In this document: piece by piece, positions 52,909 through 64,000 of the stretch
Position numbering within the stretch: the first letter of the stretch is position 1
Layout of the letters: each line of letters opens with the position of its first letter
Origin: Moniliella sp. 'wahieum'
Taxonomy: Eukaryota
Reading direction: 5' to 3'
Length of the DNA stretch: 64,000 bases
Assembly (NCBI GenBank): GCA_003971905.1
Contig: RSEE01000066.1
Coordinates: 186,001 to 250,000, forward strand
Position numbers and translations under genes: made by a program
The notes under the pieces: generated by a model
Databases searched by the model: none
Told to the model about the DNA's origin: nothing
Seen by the model: only the letters and a program-made list of their open reading frames with translations

Positions 52909-54301
52909 TGTTGACTGTGATCCTCTGGCTCCCAGTCGGTAGACCAGGTTCGCCTCGGTTCCATCGGCTTCCCGCTGACGTCCCTGCGTGTCACTGTCCC
53001 TGTGCCCTGCACTCTCTCCTGTGTGACTCACTGTCCCTGTGCCTAGTCCAGCCTCCTATATAGATGCCTCTGTACCCAGACCCAACTCTGGCTCCAATCC
53101 ATCACCTTCTCCTCCTCCTTCTGCCGTCCGGCTCCCTAGGCCAACGAGTTACAATCTGATCCCCCCGGAAGGGAGCGCTCTTCAAGCAAGCCCACCCCCA
53201 AGCCTACAAGCCCAAGCTAAGCCGCCAAGCCCACAAGACACACCCGTCCTCCCGCCCAACAACACCACCGCCACAATCGGCACCTTACCGCCACAATCGG
53301 CATACTACCGCCACAATCGGCATACTACCGCCACAATCGGCACACTCGTCCCCCACAGATGGGCAATGATTTTTAGGACAACACACTACGGAACAAAACG
53401 TGTCGGGTATCGTCAACGAGACGAAATTCCTCCAACGACAAAACGGCGCAGGCGAATCGCAGAAAGCGGGGGTGGCTGCTCATCAAGTGCCCACCCACGG
53501 CTACACGCCCCGGATTGCCAATTCATCCGGGGCACCTGGGGAAAGGATGGGGGGGGTGGTCACCCAACTTCTTCCACTCCTCTTTTTCAACAACAAAGAG
53601 AACCCAAACAGATCAAGACGGTTGACGCATAGCGCCCGTTCATTTCCCATCCCATGCCCAATGGACCCCCACTGCACAGGCATGCGGAACCAACAACTAC
53701 CCAACGCATCCAATTTTGATGCCAAACGACCTTGGACCGCATTTACTCCAAGTTTCCAATTTTCTTTCACTACACCTATAACTGGTGCTTTTTACTTTTG
53801 CCCACCAAATCGCTTCGGGGCGCAACCCCTACTACTTTTACTTCTAAACTTCTACAAGCATCTGGCGGTCGCACAATACACCAACCACAAGCGCTCGGCT
53901 CGTTCAGGTGTCATCCTGGACAGCGGGGTGTAGGCCAGTCGTGTGGCCATGCACAACTCCAGGCCATTCGTCCCGGTTGCCACTCAAGTCCTCCCCTCTC
54001 TACATCCACTGGCAGGAGCTCATCCCACAACCGATGTCTCCGGGTTCCCTGGCCAGCGGGGGTGTTGACTGTGATCCTCTGGCTCCCAGTCGGTAGACCA
54101 GTTCGCCTCGGTTCCATCGGCTTCCACGCTGACGTCCCTGCGTGTCACTGTCCCTGTGCCCTGCACTCTCTCCTGTGTGACTCACTGTCCCTGTGCCTAG
54201 TCCAGCCTCCTATATAGATGCCTCTGTACCCAGACCCAACTCTGGCTCCAATCCATCACCTTCTCCTCATCCTTCTGCCCGTCCGGCTCCCTAGGCCAAC
54301 A
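52909..54301 (+). mobile_element. Short non-autonomous or internally deleted Ty1/Copia-type LTR element
   Basis: Near-identical ~238-bp direct repeats at 52909-53145 and 54063-54301, starting TGTTG; the 3' copy ends CAACA. Internal TATA (CCTATATAG) and a G-rich PPT-like tract (CAGCGGGGG) before the 3' LTR. About 0.9 kb of interior with no intact pol. Confidence 0.85.
53267..53346 (+). repeat. 20-bp tandem repeat x4 inside the LTR element
   Basis: ACCGCCACAATCGGCA(TACT/CCTT/CACT) repeated four times. Confidence 0.95.
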
Positions 54302-54439
54302 CAAACCACTTTGGACTCTCTTCAAGCCTCAGCTTCAGCGCAAGCGCCGGTAGCAGTAGTAAAACGCGTCCATTACAACGCGTAATATTATACGCGTTTT
54401 GTATACGCGGTACGCATCATATTGATCAAGCTCCAAAGT

Positions 54440-55090
54440 TAGATGACGCTGATGATCGATGATCGAGTATCAGCCGCATCAGAACCTGCGTATATTGGCT
54501 CGTGTTGCGTACCTGAATTGGCGACAGGTAAAACACATATTTTGGCATGTGGATACCATGGCATGGATGAATTCGATGACGGATCTCACTCAGATCTTCA
54601 GATCTACTACTACTATATCCAGCTGTAGTATCATTGCTCAGACCAGAGTACGTCGGTGCGCTCCGCGGACAGAAGAGCGCAACAAGCGACTGTCACGCGT
54701 CACGTTTCGTTAGTCACTAGTGAATGAGACTAGTGCTAGTGACTAGTGACTAGGACATTTTCACAGATCGCAATCACACGATGCACTGATGTTCGATGCA
54801 TCGGCTTCTTTCCACTGTCAAACAATAATCAGGCACTAGGGGACAGTCCCCAAGTATCCAATATCCCTTGCAAGTATCCAACTTTCCATCATGCATCATG
54901 CATCATGCACATGCACCATGCATCATCGATCATCGATCATCCTTCAAGCATGACGCATGCCGTCTCTCTCATTATTAAATGGCAAAAGCTTCTACAGAAC
55001 CACTGTGCCGTGACTAGTGACTGCTCTAACCCTCTGCCTCTCTCAAATTCCCAGAAGTACTCAGTCTGAGGATCTGAGTACTCTCAGGGT
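54440..55090. repeat. Cluster of short palindromic heptamer-period repeats with differing cores
   Basis: TGATCGATGATCGA (~54452), TCACGCGTCA (~54693), CTAGTGA x2-3 (54736), TCATGCA x3 (54889), TCATCGA x2 (54923), TGACTAGTGA (55011). Confidence 0.85.
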
Positions 55091-57728
55091 GCTATTACTA
55101 CTCACCAGTGGCTCAAGTGTAATGTCACCTACTATGTCCTTGGACTGTCTCGCTACGACTTTGGAAGCGGATCCGGATCAGCCACTCGGGTTTGGGCGTG
55201 CAGCTCGGTGAATTGTTTGCACGTTGGGGAACAAGAAGGGCTGTTTATGTTGGGGGCTGTGACCACAGCAAAAAAGCCTCACATGTGAGCTGGTGGCTCG
55301 TGCTTTGTGGCCAATGCCCCTTCAGTTCCTCCTCAGGCCCAGGAGTTCCGTTGTTTTCTCTCTCCTGTTTCCTTTGTTCCGCGGTTAGCCCCTGACGGCA
55401 ACTCGCTGCTTGAGTTCATCTGTAGGCATTGCTGGTTACCACACCACCACCACCTGGCACCAGTGCGATTGCACCACCCTCGAGGACCATCAGGACTCTA
55501 TCTATAAAAATGGAGCTAGATCGAGACTGTGGGTGTGAGGCACACGTGATCGGGGCTCTCGGCTGCCGCGTAGCAAAATTAAAGGCTCACAGTAGTGTGA
55601 GCCAATGAGAGCAAGGCAATACTACTAGCGTTTCGCTTGTCAGATTGGCGATTGATGGCCGAGCGGATGGAGGTTATGCATTATGATCAATGGCCAGTGC
55701 ACCGCTTCAACGTACAATGTGTTGAACTGAAGGAATACTAGTATGCAGTCGGAGGGGGTAAACTTGCTCTCTCGTGCCGTCCACGCCACCGACAGAATAT
55801 GTTTTTTCAAGGTATAAGTAGTATCGGATCAATTTATACGAGAGAGGACATCACATTCCTCCACCTTTTGTCCTCCAACCTCTGGAGACGGCCTAACCTG
55901 AAAAGGCTCATGCACTCATGAAAGAATGGGGTGTGGCACTACCGGGACTGGGATGCAGTGGCGAGAGATCGGCTGGAGAAGACGCCAATGAAACCAAGGT
56001 GTTGGACGGATGACTGATTTCTTGTGACGGTGGCGTGGGCAGCGGTGCCGGGGCTATATAGCCATACATACACACATTAAAAGGAATTTGGAGAGAGAGA
56101 AGTACGCGACTTGGAGGCCCGGCGGGGAGTTCTTTACTGGCGTCTTCCCTCTTGTTCGGCCTGACCAAATAAGGTCAGTAAAACATAGTGATTTTGGCGT
56201 TACACCTACCCATATTCATCCCTCATTCCACTCTATCCCCCCGCTCAGCTACACGAATTGCTGTGGCTGATGGGCCGTGAGCAGTGCTCCTTTTCGTTGT
56301 TAGTATGAGATGGGAAGGGAAACACTTCAGATGATCGTCCAGCCGGTGTGGCAAAACAATAACATTGAGATTTTGATGGGGGGTTTTTTGACGATGACTC
56401 GATGACTGCATTGTGGAGAAGCTAGCGAACCCCACCGGATCAGAGAGCTGCGGTGGTTGCAGGACGGGGTGGGTTGGAAGGCAGCGTTTGAAGGAGGAAC
56501 CGGAACCGGCATTGGAATCGCCATGATCGCTTTTCATGCAACCCACGCCGGGAGAACGGAGAGTTGCGTACAGGTTGGCGCGACCTGATTGACGCGAAGT
56601 CTGTATTAATCCCGCATCAGTTGGACAGCTTGTTGGGTTTGTTTGAAATTTGACGCAGCACCACAGAGTGGTGCCGGAGGCTCTGGGGGGGTCAGGCATA
56701 CGTTGGATGCATCAGTGTAGGCGCTCTGTCTGTAGGACCGTTCCCGGTCGGGTGCGGGAGATGGCAGCGAGCACCAGGCTCTATAGTAGGGGTGTCGGAA
56801 CGATTAATAAATGGGGATTCTTGATCGGCTTTTGTTCGGATGATGTGGGGGCTGCGGTCGGAAGGGAGAGAGGGTGGCTGCTGTAGAGCAGGTGTATAGG
56901 GGAGCGACATCCAATTCTGTTTGATGTGTGAAAAGGGTGGAGTGGGAAGACGGATATATGGCGTGCGTTTCGGTTTTCACAGCAGAAGCTTGCGTGGGGG
57001 CCGGTGGGGAGCTGCGAAGAGGCAGATCAGTAACCGACACACGTTAATTGTTAGACCAAGCTTCATGAGCATGACGTGCATGATGCATGATGCATGACGC
57101 GTCTTCAGCTTCATGGGTGATGCCTGCGGACTTGGGCGGGTTGATAAAACGTTGAACGCTGACAATGAAACGAAGCCCCTGGCGCGCTGGGTGAGGCCGG
57201 TGAGCCTTGAAGCTTGAGGAGGGCAGGACAGACAGAGAGAGAGAGGATGTCGATGAGGACTGCCAGTGGTCCAACTGTCCACCACCCCAGCTGGAGGCCA
57301 GACCTAGCAGAGGGGCTGCGGCAAGGGCGTGGGGCAGCGTGTGCGGTTTGCAGGGGGGGGCTGCACGCGGGTGGATGTCGGCTGATGGTTGATGGGCGCG
57401 TGGCAGTGGGATTGCATCGCCTTGTTGCGGTGCCTTCGCCGATCCGCATCCTATTGGACCCAACCCACGCTGCGCACGCGACAAAATCCACACACACATC
57501 CGTCGGCCGTCAAGGATACGTGGTTGGGACACAGCCACTCGCATGATCCAACCCCCCCTCTACATCAACTCCCACTCATCCGCCTCTCCAGCCCTGTTCC
57601 CGTTGGTCTCCTGCCTACTTTTCCTTATTGCCGCCGTCACCACCAGCACCGCCGGCTGCATCCTGCGTCCCAACGTCTCTCTTTGGTGCACCCACCCATC
57701 CCCACACACGCGTCTCTGCCGTGCGGAT

Positions 57729-60700
57729 ATGGAGATGGCCCTTCCACCCCCTTCCCCAGCCTCGACGCCTCTGTGTTCGACGCCTCCGTGTTCGTCCCCG
57801 CCTCGTCTGGACGTGGACGCCCAGCCCATTGTCAGCGAGGCAGCGGCGTGTCGCACTGAGCTCGAGCAATACCGCATCACCCTCAATGCACAACTCCAGG
57901 CTGCAAAGCAATTTACCAGCGCCCTCGACCGCCACCACAGCACCACCCAGGCATGGCTTGACACTCTCGCTCACGCTCTTCAACAACTCCACCTGGCTCA
58001 GCTTACCCAGTACGACATCGAGCGCACAAAGCATTGGTCTGGTTTTGTAACTCCCCTAACGCCTGTTGCAGTCACCAGTGACAAGCCCACACCGTTTTGG
58101 AACACAGCAGCCCACGCCCACGGCGTGAAAACCAGCATCTACCAGCTGCGCTCTCAGATCAATTCGGCTCAGACACGTTTCGCCCAAGAACATCAGCAAC
58201 ACCTAGATCATCTCGTGCGCCTTGTCTCCCAAGGGCCCCCTTCCCTCTCAACACGCTCTGCTGTGCCTCTCGCCACTCCGACTGGGAAAGGCATTGACCG
58301 TTCACTATCGCCCTCCAAGGCTTCGTTGCACCAGCGGGACCAAACGCAAGCCGCCCGTCGAGTTCGCAACGAAAAGGTGCCCTGGGAAAAGCCGAGCCAT
58401 GAATCGGAGCCGATCGATCTGGACGCAGTGTTTGCGAGAAACATGCAAGAAAAATTATTAGCTGAGCTACGGCGACTACAAGCTGACAATGCTTCCCTCA
58501 CCGCCTCCCTTTCGTTGATACGGACAGAGCGCGAAGAGACTCTAACCCGAATCGAATCGGCGCTGCTAGCCAAGCAAGCCCAGCGCGATACGCTTGTTAC
58601 TAAGTTGCACGACAAAAGCGAGGGTTACCTGGCCCAACTCAATGCTGCCCAGCATGCCAAAGGTACGTCTTTTTCTCGCCTTTTGCTAGGCATCCACGCC
58701 CCAAATTTTCGTATTAAAAGTTGAAAGCGACTGAGATCTGATCATCGATTCCTATTCGCTAGATATGATGTCCACCGAGCTATACGATCTACACCTAGCC
58801 CATGAAGTGGCGCAAGAGGAACTGTCTGATCTACGGATTAAGTTGTTTCAGGCGGAAGCTTCGGCTGCGCAACTGCAAGCCAGGTCGATCGCTGCCGGCA
58901 AAGCAAATGATGAGATGCTTGCCAAGCACGCTGAGGAAATCGATGGCTTTCGCATGCAGCTGGTTCTCGTCGAGGAGAAACGGAACGAGGCCCAGCAGGA
59001 AGCACTTCACGCTCATCATCGCATTCAATCTATTACAGAGGAGCGGGATAGGGCGCAACGTGCCCTGTCGGAGGCGCAAGACCAAACTAGTTTCCCCTCT
59101 ATCTCTTTGGCAACGGACCAAGAGATAGAGGATCTGGAAGATGAGTCGCAAATTGGCGCTAGGCCTCGGGCCTGGAGCCGAGGTACGACAAATTCCGATT
59201 GGGTGACAGAACCTTCTGCTTCGCCATTGTCATACCACCCCGTCCTGCCCATGGCCACCACCCCCTCCAAGTCTCTGTTGGCACCAGATCCGCATCTCAA
59301 CGACGACGACCGCTCAGCCTCCCTTCCTGTCGATCCTTCCATCCATTCGCCTGAGCCACAGGAAGTGCTTTCTTCGTCTCTTAGCCCCCCCTTTTGCAGA
59401 GGAAGCGTCCCCGCTACAACGCAGGCACCGGCAGAAGGGAACGAGGAACGAGGGGTCACGACCACCATGTCTTTGAACTCCATTACCGACTCTCTCGCCG
59501 TCCACCTCAAATCCATTGCAGAACGTCACGAGGCTTCGCTACGCTTGTTGCTAGATACCAACACGGGTCAGCTTCAACAGCAGAGTACCCTCTCAGGGAT
59601 GGGACCCAACCAAGCTCAGTCACTTGAACCTGAACCTGTGCCTGTTGCTTCTATCGGTCATCCAATTCCACCAAGCCCGCCCACTGGCTCCGCTCCGTCT
59701 ACGTCTTCTATCAGTTATCCGTTGAGCAACATCACCGCCTCCAATGAATCCGCGGTCAGGTCTTTGGATAAGGGTATGCCCGTCGGCCTACAGCCCAAGA
59801 ACGTACAAGCCCCGTCAACCCTGGCAGCTGCCGTATTGTCAAGACATGCATGGATCGGACGGAGATGCAGATAGGTTCCAAGATGCTCGCGAAAGTCTAT
59901 TAGGCGTATCGGAGCTTGATCTTGGACATTCTCTCTTGCGCCCCTCGTCCAATCCTATGCTAAATCGGGCCGCTTTCCCCACTGATGACAGCCATGTCCA
60001 CTCCCATGAGGTTCATTCGACACTATGGTGGAGATCGAGAGGGGCACTGTCCCTAATGAACGAGGCGACAAGGCGCTTCAAACAAACCTGGATCTCCAGC
60101 ATTTCCTCTTCCCTTCGGATTTGAACAAACATGGCGATGTGGTTGAAGAAGGTGGTCGCCACCCCTCGGCTCCTGCAATTGTTGAGCCGTCATCTTTATG
60201 GAATGAGGCCACTTTCCACCCGTCTGATGAGGGACTACCGATGCGCAACGAAGGGGGCGCACCTTTGACTCAACGCTCTCTCGACCCGCTTCGGTCTAGG
60301 ACCGATTTGGAGACGCTGCCGTTGCCTCAGTCTGGACAACTCTCCAGGATCGAGGGTATACATACGAGTTACTCCGCGCTGGATTCGACCTACCTACAAC
60401 CCCAGCTCCGTCGATTCCCGTCTCCAACGCAGGTATACCCCCACCACCTCTCCTCAGTCTCGTCTGTCTGCCCATGCGGATAGTTCATCCAGCATGGGCC
60501 CCTACGCCCGCCCTCTAGCATTTGCAAGAGCGCCCCAACCACTGTCAGTTTCCACTCGGCTGAGGGATGAGAACAGGGATGACGGGGTAAAGGCCATGCG
60601 GGAATGGACCCCAGCTTCTTCTCATGCACCCCCTCCTGCCAGTTACCATTGCGAATGCGAGACAGGGCCCATTCGGGTTCTGCAAACCCGGCCGTCGACG

Positions 60701-62033
60701 TGCCCAGCCACGAAGCTGCCGTGGTACGCTCTTTGACCGAGCCCGTATCCAGCCACGCATCCCTTCGTCTGCCACGTACAGACCACATGACGCTGCAGAG
60801 CATTATGATTGATCGCTCCGCCGATCCGAATGGCCGGCATGCACGCAGCAATTCTTTCAGCTTGGTGCGCAACCTCCACTCCGAACGCTCGACAACCCCA
60901 TAGGTGCCCGTCGCTACAACACCCTCGGCTCTTACTTTGGCAAGACCGGCCGAAACACCCGGTCAATGGGCAATTTGCGTGCGGCGGGGGAAAGCTTTGC
61001 CTCCCCTCATCCGAGAGAGCCTGTGGTGAGGCCAGAAACTAGTCAACACACACGACCAAGCCGAGACGATTGCCGATGCCGTTGCCCAGGTCCGAGCGGG
61101 GATGTTGATGATCAAGTATACCGGGCACCCTGGCACAAGGCACTCGCCCTCCCGTCCCTCACGCCCGTCAGCTCGATGCCCCTTTCCGAGCAAGGCCCAA
61201 ATGGAGATGCGCATACCGCGAGAGCGGGACGACGGAAACGCTTATGGGAGCGTAGACACGTGCGCTTTTGTTGGATCCACCCCAGTGCTGGGCGTTTACC
61301 TCTGTTGGTGTCCCCCTCGTCCTGGCGTCGCGCTCCACCAGAGGCCGATACCAAGTACATGTTGGTTGCTCAAGTGCGGTCTGAGCGGAATTTTGATCCG
61401 GATGGAACACTCTATGGGGAGGGAACAGGTCCCGGGATTGAGGCCAGTGTGAACCTTCCCACCCCCTCGCTGCCCTTGTTTCGCCCGAGGGGCAAGAACT
61501 CTACTTGTCGGCGCCTTCCCCGGACACTCACCACACATGGTTTTCTGCCTTGCAAGCCCTGTGCATGGCAGGGGCGCGCCCAGTAACGAGCGCTGCTGAC
61601 ACGCCCAACCGCCCTCCTTTGCCCGTCCCGGTTGCACAACCCGAACGTTCCGAAGCAAACAAGACCTACGTTACCAGTTCCAAGGACCAGGACGAGCCTC
61701 TGGCTGGCAGCCTCTCCCGTTGCTCCTCCATCCTCTACCGCCCCCTACCCCCCCCTCGGCACCCAGTTTGCGTCGCCTGGCCTCGTGCAGCTGGCTCCGT
61801 CCACCATGGCTCAACCGTCAGCCCTCGCTCGACGCCGCCGCCTCCACTGCTTGCCATCCTACCTTCCACCACCACCAGAGTTCTCTCCGCCTTGTCCAGT
61901 TCACCCCCCCCACCCCTAATACCCTTCGAGAGCCATGCACTTGAGTTGCCTAGTTGCATCCACCAAAGGAGTACAGCGCCAACCGCATTCGGTTCCTGGA
62001 CCACTCGTCGGCTCCGCCCAAAGAGGGACTAGT
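57729..62033 (+). CDS. Large hypothetical protein: N-terminal coiled coils plus a long Ser/Pro-rich tail (frameshifted; ends approximate)
   Basis: 393-aa and 369-aa ORFs joined by an intron at ~58663-58762 (GTACGT...CTAG). Heptad-like EKLLAELRRLQADNASL and QEELSDLRIKLFQAEA. Further same-strand ORF fragments to ~62 kb. Confidence 0.55.
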
Positions 62034-62512
62034 GAAGCTTGGCTGGCTACGCCATCCTCGCCCACTGGGGCCGCCTCGATGCCCTAGGATCTATATATGT
62101 AGCTGCCCCTTCCGTGCTGGCAGAGGCACCATCCACCCTCTATCTTGATCTACTTTCATGCCCGCCGGGCCTCGCTTCTGCCAGTGGTCGGCCCCATTGT
62201 TGATTGAGGGATTGATCAGATCACACGCAAGGTTCCCATGGATAGCACATCACGCTAGTAGTTTAGTTTATCTATATATACAAAGTTCTCCTATGCAAGC
62301 CTGCCTGTAAGGCCGTCTTGTAAGGCCGTCTATCCCTTATCAAAGCTGGAGGACTACGAAAGGACGGTTTGCTTGGGACAAGACAGTGTATTGATAGGGG
62401 GGGGGGGCAGCCCGGGGAAGGGGGTACGGTACAAGAAGTCATGGTGCATAGTAGGCGCAAAAGTGGGCCAGGCTGCCGAAGGAAAGGGGGGGGGGAAGAT
62501 GAATGAGCTGTT

Positions 62513-64000
62513 TTAGTCTACCGTCTCCATGGTGCTCTCGCCCTCAGGCTCCTCAGCCGCCTTCTCTTCTTCAGGCTCCTCCTCCGTCTCGTCAATCGAG
62601 AGGCCGAGCGAGATGAGCTTGAACAGCCGGTTGGCAAAGTCTTGGGGTTGGTCCAGGCTAAAGCCCGAAGTGAGCAGGGCAGTCTCGTAGAGCAGCCAAG
62701 TCAAGTCCCGCACCGTCGAATCGGCCGCGTCAGCATCGGCCTTGGCCTGCAGCTCCTTAATAATGGGGTTCTTGGGGTTCACCTCGAGCGTCTTCTTGGA
62801 AGACATGTAGGAGCTCATGCTAGTGTCCCGCAACGCCTGCGCCTTCATGATCCGCTCCATGTTAGCCGACCAGCCAAACTGACCAGTGACAAGAGCAACG
62901 GGCGAGCCGACAAGGCGGTTCGAAAGAACCACCTTCTCAACCTTGTCCCCGAGGATGTCCTTGATAGCCTTGAGCAGACCCTCGAACTTCTTCGCCTCCT
63001 CCTCACGCGCGGCAATCTCCTCGGGCGTCTCCTCAAGCTCAAGCCCCTCCTTGGAGACCGAGACCAGCTTCTTGCCGTCAAACTCGCGCAGCTGGGTAAC
63101 CGCGTACTCGTCAATCGGGTCCACCATGAGGAGAACCTCAAAGCCCTTCTTCTTGAGCGCCTCCAGAAGAGGAGAGTCGTTGATCGACTGAAGCGACTCG
63201 CCAGTGAGGTAGTAGATGTTCTTTTGCACCTCAGGCATGCGCGTCACGTAGTCCTTGAGGGAAGTGAGCTCATCGCCCGACTTGGTCGAGTTGAAGCGAA
63301 GGAACTCGGCGAGCTTGTTGCGGTTGGTCGAGTCCTCGTGAATACCAAGCTTGATGTTCTTTCCGAAGGCCTCGTAGAACTTCTTGTAGTTCTCCTCGTC
63401 CCCTCGATCTCCGAGATGCACTCGAGGACCTTCTTGACAATGTTCTTACGGATCACCTTCAGAATCTTGTTCTGCTGCAGGGTCTCACGCGAGATGTTGA
63501 GCGGCAGGTCCTCCGAGTCGACAACACCCTTGACAAACGAGAGCCACTCGGGGATGAGGTCCTCACAGTCGTCCATGATGAACACACGACGAACGTAGAG
63601 CTTGATGTTGTTGCGCTTCTTCTTGTTCTCAAAGAGAACAAAGGGAGCACGCTTGGGAATGTAGAGAAGAGCCTTGAACTCAAGCTGGCCCTCAACCGAG
63701 AAGTGCTTGACAGCCAGAGGATCCTCCCAGTCGTTGGTCAGAGACTTGTAGAAGGAGTTGTCTACTCTTCCGGCTCGATCGACTTGGGATCCCGGGTCCA
63801 GAGAGGCTTCGTCTTGTTGAGCTCCTCCTCCTCCTTGACAATCTCCTTAACCTTCTTCTTCTCCTTCTTGTTGTCCTCATCCTCGACCTCCTCGATCTTA
63901 GGCTTCTTGTCATCGTCGGCAGCCTCCTCCTCAACCTCGACCTCCTTCTCGACCTCCTTGGTAACGACGAGCTGGATGGGGTACGAGATGAACTCAGAGT
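62513..64000 (-). CDS. HSP90: Cytosolic Hsp90 (middle and C-terminal domains; 5' part outside the window)
   Basis: [67 protein letters not shown]; ends METVD*. Confidence 0.98.

Noticed and set aside
53267..53346. Short regular repeats as a CRISPR array
   Set aside because: Head-to-tail tandem units without unique spacers, in a eukaryotic context, with no cas genes.
62642..63598. 318-aa ORF antisense to HSP90
   Set aside because: An expected by-product of strong codon bias in a highly expressed GC3-rich gene; no independent features.
2387..64000. Pervasive frameshifts in SEC6, IML2, RPL35, MBF1, PRP19, BUD16 and HSP90 as programmed frameshifting, RNA editing or mass pseudogenisation (possibly linked to the odd tRNA)
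   Set aside because: Essential genes are affected, amino-acid conservation is intact on both sides of each break, and no common slippery motif is apparent. The two LTR copies also differ by similar 1-bp indels. Uncorrected long-read error is the simplest explanation; short-read polishing would settle it.

Overview
Fungal nuclear DNA, most likely a basidiomycete. Genes are GC-rich and intron-poor, with short GT(A/G)(A/C)GT...CT(A/G)AC...AG introns, which is Ustilaginomycotina-like (inferred). Nearly every conserved gene is broken by 1-bp indels, which most likely reflects an unpolished long-read assembly, so gene ends are approximate. The gene-dense blocks (1-30.8 kb, 44.9-48.4 kb, 57.5-64 kb) hold SEC6, IML2/TTC39, a WW protein, RPL35, a DH RhoGEF, the TUL1/Dsc1 E3 ligase, a CaaX-ending orphan, a Rid1-like GBD protein, RPL29, MBF1, PRP19, TUM1, BUD16, NAPE-PLD and HSP90. 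Two lower-GC islands (~30.8-44.9 kb and ~48.5-57.5 kb) contain decayed mobile DNA: a Helitron, a CRE-like retroposon end, a short two-LTR Copia-type element and a dispersed inverted repeat. They also contain a probable FunK1-kinase relic, a tRNA-like gene with an aberrant anticodon arm, and a divergent PER1/PGAP3 homologue lacking a catalytic His. The most unusual signal is a sequence-independent 7-bp grammar, TNA-(4-bp palindrome)-TNA. It occurs in tandem with at least 12 different palindromic cores and is concentrated in intergenic or upstream DNA.
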